Shown here in pieces: positions 29,311-34,170 of a DNA stretch of 34,170 bases. Source of the DNA: a virus (Duplodnaviria; Caudoviricetes); IMG/VR virus record IMGVR_UViG_3300010043_000007, positions 1 to 34,170 of that record; one strand, 5' to 3'. Each line of letters begins with the position of its first letter. The first letter of the stretch is position 1. The notes under the pieces were generated by a model. The model was not told the DNA's origin. It ran no database searches and saw only the letters and a program-made list of their open reading frames with translations. Both the position numbers and the translations under genes were made by a program.

Positions 29311-29451
29311 ATGAAACCGCTTAATCAACAAACTCTTGGTCAGCGTATCGCTCTTACCATGGTCATCGTGGTCGTCATCTTGTTTGCGCTTGCCTTTATC
29401 GGTTGGGTGACGGGTGGCTGGGAAGTGATAATGGTGCCTAAAGAGCCATGA
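29311..29451 (+). CDS. Small single-pass membrane protein (46 aa)
   Basis: MKPLNQQTLGQRIALTMVIVVVILFALAFIGWVTGGW; ATG at 29311 avoids overlap with the upstream gene. Confidence 0.55.
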   Translation: MKPLNQQTLGQRIALTMVIVVVILFALAFIGWVTGGWEVIMVPKEP

Positions 29452-29901
29452 ATGGCCAAGACTGTCCAGTTCAAGCTTGGTGGCACGCTTACTCTTTTAG
29501 AAGAGGAAGCTGGCTACTGCTTGGTTACAGTGCGCTATGGCGCTTTCACAATTACAGCAAGAGGAAATCACATGTCGTATACGCTTCCATCTAGAATGCA
29601 AGTTCATGCTCAAGTCGCTTACGTTGATGCTGCTGGCAATCCAGCCGTTGTCGATGGTGATGTGACTTGGGCTTCATCCAACGATCTTATCGTTGCAGTG
29701 ACAACCAACACCGCGGATACAACCAAGGTGCTGATAGCTGGCGTTGGTCTGGCAGGGCAAGCGCAAGTCACTGCGACCGCTGACGCAGATCTTGGTGACG
29801 GTGTACGCACGCTGGTTACAACAATGGATGTTGAGGTTATCGCCGGCGAAGCCGTTGCCGGAACCATCACACCCGTTGGTGCTGCGGAACCGATTTCATG
29901 A
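29452..29901 (+). CDS. Ig-like domain protein
   Basis: YVDAAGNPAVVDGDVTWASSN..IVAV......G..GQAQVTATADAD, an Ig-like (Big_2-type) pattern. Confidence 0.65.
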   Translation: MAKTVQFKLGGTLTLLEEEAGYCLVTVRYGAFTITARGNHMSYTLPSRMQVHAQVAYVDAAGNPAVVDGDVTWASSNDLIVAVTTNTADTTKVLIAGVGLAGQAQVTATADADLGDGVRTLVTTMDVEVIAGEAVAGTITPVGAAEPIS

Positions 29902-29916
29902 ATGGGAGACTACACA

Positions 29917-30312
29917 ATGATCCGCTTCGTGCTTGGCATTCTGATCTTGCTCGCGCTGGCGATCCCGGCGGAAGCGCAGCACTCGTGTGATAGGCTTTCA
30001 TTCTTTCATCATGTCAACGCGACCGGCCCAATCGAAATAATTCCGGCCGATCCGACAAAGCGCATCTATTTTTGCGGCTTCATGCTCACGCAAAAGGGTA
30101 ATACGCTCGACTTCGAAATTTTGCTAGGGCATGGCACCAATTGTGACACCGATACGCAATCAATGATGTTCTTAGAGCTTCCAAATGACTTTGCGCTGAC
30201 TAATCGTATCGAACAAGTTGGCCCGGTCACTGAATATGGTTGGGCGTTGTGCATCAAGACGAGTGGTAGTAATGCCAAGCTTGGCGGTGTTATTTATTGG
30301 GCACAGTTTTGA
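29917..30312 (+). CDS. Secreted Cys-containing protein with signal peptide
   Basis: MIRFVLGILILLALAIPAEA|QH Sec signal with an AxA site; GGAG RBS at 29905. Confidence 0.65.
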   Translation: MIRFVLGILILLALAIPAEAQHSCDRLSFFHHVNATGPIEIIPADPTKRIYFCGFMLTQKGNTLDFEILLGHGTNCDTDTQSMMFLELPNDFALTNRIEQVGPVTEYGWALCIKTSGSNAKLGGVIYWAQF

Positions 30313-30506
30313 TGAAATCACAAACGCATAACGTCGTCATCGCTGGCCTTGAGCAAGGGCTGAAGAATCGGATAGCAAAGATATTTGAGAATCTATCTAC
30401 GGCGGGGGAAGGCGAACGCGAAAAGCGCTTCCGTACCGGGGTTGCTAATGCGGTGGCAGCTTTCGAGCGAGCTTACGAGATTGTCAATGAGGATGTTTCG
30501 TCGTGA
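30312..30506 (+). CDS. Small helical hypothetical protein
   Basis: TGATG-coupled start; resembles the repeated domain of the 30706 ORF. Confidence 0.55.
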   Translation: MKSQTHNVVIAGLEQGLKNRIAKIFENLSTAGEGEREKRFRTGVANAVAAFERAYEIVNEDVSS

Positions 30507-30736
30507 ATCCTGGTCTTCCAGAAGAAGCTGGCCTGACCGCGCGGAGCGTCACTGACGCACTCAAATCTACTCCGGTCGTCTTGGCGCTGGTTATCTTCAA
30601 CGTACTCTTCATGTTCTTAATTACCTATGCATCAATCCGTCAGGATCAGAGCAACGATTCTGAACTAGCACGAATGCACGAGTTAATTGCGACTACTTTG
30701 CGCACGTGTGTGCCGTCGTCAAAACAAAGCGACTAA
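30503..30736 (+). CDS. Membrane protein, holin-like candidate
   Basis: One hydrophobic helix PVVLALVIFNVLFMFLITYASI, close to the endolysin; GTGA overlap. Confidence 0.5.
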   Translation: MNPGLPEEAGLTARSVTDALKSTPVVLALVIFNVLFMFLITYASIRQDQSNDSELARMHELIATTLRTCVPSSKQSD

Positions 30737-31191
30737 TTACGCTCGCGCTTGCGGCGTTCCTGACAATGCAGGTCAGTTTTGATTCTGCGCAATATAGCGA
30801 GGAATTAAAAGAAGCTGCACGGCGGATTGAGAGCGATGCATTGGATGATACTTTGCGCAATTGGGTCGTTCAAGTTTTCACGGTGTGGTTGCGTGATCCA
30901 GATGGTCAGCCGCACCGGGCGGTAACTGGAGTCCGTACTGCAATCGCGGCTTATCATTTCGGACGAAACCGCATAGATCTGGAAACCGCGTCGAACGAGC
31001 ACATCAAAAAGATATTGAGGGAAGGATTGGATGAAGCATTGATGAAATATCTCACCAATCTTTTCAACGCCTGGATGCATGACACTGGTGGTCGCCCTAG
31101 TGCAAGTCATCAAAAGCTCAAAGACAATGCCGTTACATCGTATTTGAGCGCACGCGAGAATCTAGATCGATTGTATGAGGAAGCAAAATGA
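30706..31191 (+). CDS. Membrane-anchored/secreted protein with a duplicated helical domain
   Basis: N-terminal hydrophobic stretch; two LD..L......F..W..D..G.P copies; ATGA overlap with the endolysin; start uncertain. Confidence 0.6.
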   Translation: MCAVVKTKRLITLALAAFLTMQVSFDSAQYSEELKEAARRIESDALDDTLRNWVVQVFTVWLRDPDGQPHRAVTGVRTAIAAYHFGRNRIDLETASNEHIKKILREGLDEALMKYLTNLFNAWMHDTGGRPSASHQKLKDNAVTSYLSARENLDRLYEEAK

Positions 31192-32726
31192 CAGATATCA
31201 AAGCGAAGGTCGATGCGGCGGCGGCCGACATCAAGTGCGAGACTGGCGAGCCGAAGTGGCTTCTGGTGATGCGCGCAATTACCGGGCTGACTGAGGAACC
31301 TGGCGATCCAGACAATCCGAAAATCCTGGCGATGGCGAGATACATTGGGCTGAAATTTCCTGATATGAAATCATACACCGATGTTTATCAGCATGATGAA
31401 ACCGCTTGGTGTGGCCTCACCGCGGCATTCTGCATGAGCGTTGCCAATATTCGTCCACCATTTGGACCCACGGACACAGATAAATTCTTGTGGGCATTGT
31501 CATGGGAAAATTGGATGGATGGAATGACGAAAGGCGGCGGCAAGATTATTGGTTCGCCGGTGCTAGGCTGTGTTGTTGTGATGACACGTTCAGGAGGTGG
31601 GCATGTTACCTTATTCGAGAGCGTGGACGGAAATGGTAACTATCGATGTCGTGGCGGGAATCAAAGCGATGCGGTCAATGTTCAATCGTATGATCCGGAT
31701 GATGTGGTGGCGCTAGTCTGGCCAACTGCTGCTGGTGACGTGCCACAAATTCCGGTCGAGCAGCGGCCTCTTTTGGTCGAAGGCGACAGCGGGCCGGATG
31801 TTTTCGACATGCAAAGTATGATCCCGAATTTTACTGGAGACATTGATGGTGACTTCGGGCCACAAACCGAAGAAAACGTGCGACGTTATCAGGCGTCGCG
31901 TGGTCTTGATGTCGACGGCGAATGTGGTCAGCAAACGTGGACTGCTCTCTACGAGAATACACCGCCACTGCCGCCGCCACCCGGAGCATTAACCTATGAA
32001 CAACAATCGGAGGTTATGAAGATAGCAAATGAATCTGCTATCGCTGATTATGGCTGGAGAGACCGCGGCATTGCGCCGACTGGATATACGCAAGGCATGG
32101 CTCTGGCCTTCGCCCAGAGCTATAAGAAACTCAAAGCTGGTCATGCTGCCGTTGTGCAAATGGCGCGTGCCAGAACTTCATCTGATAAAGATGCATTGAA
32201 TGAATACCGCGAAGATTTCGAGGCTCTGAATATGTCGAATGAGGAAGATGGTGCAGATACTTTGCGTCACCTGTACGCACTGATGCTTGGCCAAGGAATG
32301 AGAGAATCATCCGGCCAGCATTGTGAAGGTCGTGATATGTCTGCGGATAATGTGACAAGCGACACAGCGGAAGCTGGCTTGTTCCAAACCAGCTACAATG
32401 CTAGCAATGCTAGTGAACCAGAATTCGACATTCTTATGGATGAATATCTGGCAGGGCTATCGCCCGGTTATCTTGAAGCCTTCAGCGAAGGTGTATCATG
32501 TTCAAGCAGCGATTGGGAAAACTATGGGTCAGGCCGCGGAGAAGCTTTTCAAAGATTGTGCAAAGAGGCTCCTGCGTTCGCTGCCGAGAGTTGCGGGCTA
32601 ACCTTGCGAAACTTGTGCAACCACTATGGACCAATCAATCGGCACGAAACCGAACTAAAGTTGGGGGCTGATGTGATGTTCCAAGCAGTGCAGGACTATA
32701 TGGATGAGAGTGAGGCAGTGGCATGA
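31188..32726 (+). CDS. Modular endolysin: NlpC/P60-CHAP-like (TIGR02594-type) + peptidoglycan-binding + lysozyme-like domain
   Basis: DETAWCG....GGGHVTLF...GGNQSDAV; GDSGPDV..Q....DGDFGPQTE..VR.YQ..RGL.VDG.CG.QTW; GMRESSG....AEAGLFQTS. Confidence 0.9.
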   Translation: MTDIKAKVDAAAADIKCETGEPKWLLVMRAITGLTEEPGDPDNPKILAMARYIGLKFPDMKSYTDVYQHDETAWCGLTAAFCMSVANIRPPFGPTDTDKFLWALSWENWMDGMTKGGGKIIGSPVLGCVVVMTRSGGGHVTLFESVDGNGNYRCRGGNQSDAVNVQSYDPDDVVALVWPTAAGDVPQIPVEQRPLLVEGDSGPDVFDMQSMIPNFTGDIDGDFGPQTEENVRRYQASRGLDVDGECGQQTWTALYENTPPLPPPPGALTYEQQSEVMKIANESAIADYGWRDRGIAPTGYTQGMALAFAQSYKKLKAGHAAVVQMARARTSSDKDALNEYREDFEALNMSNEEDGADTLRHLYALMLGQGMRESSGQHCEGRDMSADNVTSDTAEAGLFQTSYNASNASEPEFDILMDEYLAGLSPGYLEAFSEGVSCSSSDWENYGSGRGEAFQRLCKEAPAFAAESCGLTLRNLCNHYGPINRHETELKLGADVMFQAVQDYMDESEAVA

Positions 32727-32887
32727 TCAATCTTATCTTAAACTTGAATTCAACGCGCCGCGCGTCCAAGGATCGTAGTCTTGACGAGAGAACTATTGTG
32801 AAGCGACAGCGTCGTGTGATTCGTGTGATGCATCCAGTCAAGCCCAAGCCACCTAAAGTTATTCGTGCTATGGGAAAGCTTGAATAA
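32723..32887 (+). CDS. Small basic protein (54 aa), not in the ORF track
   Basis: MINLILNLNSTRRASKDRSLDERTIVKRQRRVIRVMHPVKPKPPKVIRAMGKLE; ATGA overlap upstream and TAATG overlap downstream. Confidence 0.6.
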   Translation: MINLILNLNSTRRASKDRSLDERTIVKRQRRVIRVMHPVKPKPPKVIRAMGKLE

Positions 32888-33153
32888 TGACAGATGATGA
32901 ACTGATTATTCTTTGGCATACTGATGAGACTGCGAACAACTTGGCGCATGAATTTGGAATAAAGCAGCAGACACTAATAATGCACTGGCGTCGCTTGAAG
33001 AATGAAGGGAAATTGCCGCAACGGGTGCGCCAGATTTCTGACTGGGGTCAGCGACAGCCTGACCGCGGCTATGATGGGAGACCAAGCGTTGGTGATTATG
33101 AAGATCCGTTGCTAATGAAGTTGTTTGAAATTCATCCTGAGAAAGCACCATAG
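32887..33153 (+). CDS. Helix-turn-helix-like protein
   Basis: LIILW...ETANNLAHEFGIKQQTLIMHWRRL resembles an HTH. Confidence 0.6.
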   Translation: MTDDELIILWHTDETANNLAHEFGIKQQTLIMHWRRLKNEGKLPQRVRQISDWGQRQPDRGYDGRPSVGDYEDPLLMKLFEIHPEKAP

Positions 33154-33155
33154 CC

Positions 33156-33185
33156 CGCCTCACGTAGTTAACCTTGCGTGAGGCG
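33156..33185. terminator. Hairpin between the late operon and the array (possible bidirectional terminator)
   Basis: Perfect 9-bp inverted repeat CGCCTCACG (33156-64) / CGTGAGGCG (33177-85) just after the last stop; U-tract is weak. Confidence 0.6.
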
Positions 33186-33196
33186 AATGATTTTGT

Positions 33197-34170
33197 CGGC
33201 GCGCTAGTGATTGCCGGGGTCTTTGCGGATATCCGGCACGCTCCAACTCTCCGGAACAATTTGGAGTGGCGGCACGCTATGACTCTACGTACTAATGTTG
33301 CTGCTCGGCACGCTGATGGACATCGAGTCTATTTGCACAACACGGCACGCTAGTGATCGCCGGGTCTATGTGAATATCCGGCGCGCTTCAGCACGCCAAG
33401 TCTATTTAGAAATTCGGCACGCTCCAATCGCCCAAGTCTATGTCAAAGTTCGGCACGCTGTTTTGTTTCAGAACAATAGCCGCGCGCGGCACGCTACGGA
33501 ATGCCGGGTCTCATTTGCAGTTCGGCACGCTTCCCAATGTCAATTCTTTGCCTCCTTCCGGCTCGCTGGTGGTTCTCAAGCCTATTTTACAATCACGGCA
33601 CGCTACGGAATGCCGGGTCTCTCTTGCAGTTCGGCACGCTTCATCTCCCAAATCTTATGCGTCGACCGGCACGCTCGCACCTCCCAGATCTATAACATGA
33701 ACCGGCACGCTTTCGATCTTCAGATCTAGGAATCTCGTCAGCACGCTGCTGGTCTCCCAGTTCTATCTTGAGATGCGGCACGCTTATGGTCATCAGGTTT
33801 ATCAGCCAACTCGGCACGCTAACATGAATCATATCTTTTATTGATCACGGCACGCTTTGGTTCTCCAGTTCATTAAATGCTCACGGCACGCTGGAACCTC
33901 CCAGTTCAATCCATGTTTGCGGCGCGCTTTCTTTCCCCAGTTCAAAGTCGCCCGGCTCGCTAAGCGTCGGATCGCGTAGCAGTCCGAAGAGATTCGGCAC
34001 GCTGTCGGCGACCGTGATCTATAAAGTGCGGCTCGGCACGCTAGAGCTATTCAAATCTTATTTGCCATTTCGGCACGCTAGGCATGGCCTGGGTCTATAG
34101 TAGATAACGGCACGCTCCATGGACCCACATCTGTTTGCTAACTCGGCGCGCTTATTGATGACGGGTCTAA
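33197..34170 (-). ncRNA. TIGR-like dual-repeat guide-RNA array (>=27 units, ~36-nt period), truncated by the window edge
   Basis: CGGCACGCT (variants CGGCGCGCT, CGGCTCGCT, CAGCACGCT) at 33197, 33234, 33270, 33306, 33343, 33379, 33415, 33451, 33487, 33523, 33559, 33596, 33632, 33667, 33703, 33739, 33776, 33812, 33848, 33884, 33920, 33953, 33995, 34034, 34071, 34108 and 34144. A second 9-nt repeat (~CRRNTCTAT) sits midway, with ~9-nt variable spacers on each side. Strand is inferred. Confidence 0.85.

Noticed and set aside
32887-33153. Tas effector for the array
   Set aside because: Only 88 aa and HTH-like; too short, with no recognisable Nop or nuclease motifs
33295-33832. ORFs over the array (33295-33729, 33440-33700, 33501-33695, 33641-33832) as a 12-aa repeat protein
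   Set aside because: They are by-products of the 36-nt period. The RHA motif shifts frame at 35/37-nt units, conservation is at nucleotide level, and there is no convincing RBS.
33197-34170. CRISPR array
   Set aside because: The repeat is only 9 nt, the intervening 27 nt contain a second conserved 9-mer, and no cas genes are present; CRISPR repeats are >20 nt
33197-34170. Replication iterons or an operator array
   Set aside because: 27+ copies with a strict 9/9/9/9 substructure and unique spacers, and no rep gene or AT-rich unwinding region in view. Less parsimonious, though not formally excluded.

Overview
Co-directional (+ strand) late region of a tailed bacteriophage or prophage with a Mu-like contractile tail; the host is probably an alphaproteobacterium, which is a low-confidence inference from protein style. 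In order: a 5'-truncated giant Gly/Ala repeat virion protein, head-tail connector/joining and tail-completion genes, sheath, tube, a tail chaperone with a canonical -1 slippery site, a tape measure with cell-wall enzyme domains, baseplate genes (gp44, frameshifted gp45, split DNA-circulation protein, gp46, gp47, gp48 fusion), fibre and accessory genes, and a lysis cassette. After a hairpin at 33156-33185, the last ~1 kb is a non-coding array of at least 27 units of ~36 bp. Each unit is a 9-nt repeat, a 9-nt spacer, a second 9-nt repeat and another 9-nt spacer. This is the dual-repeat architecture of TIGR (tandem interspaced guide RNA) arrays, not CRISPR. Joining the two spacers of each unit in TIGR geometry gives several 18-mers that look like ribosome-binding site + ATG regions, suggesting guides aimed at gene starts. 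No Tas (Nop-domain) effector is visible, and the array runs off the right edge. All family assignments are by eye, with no database searches.
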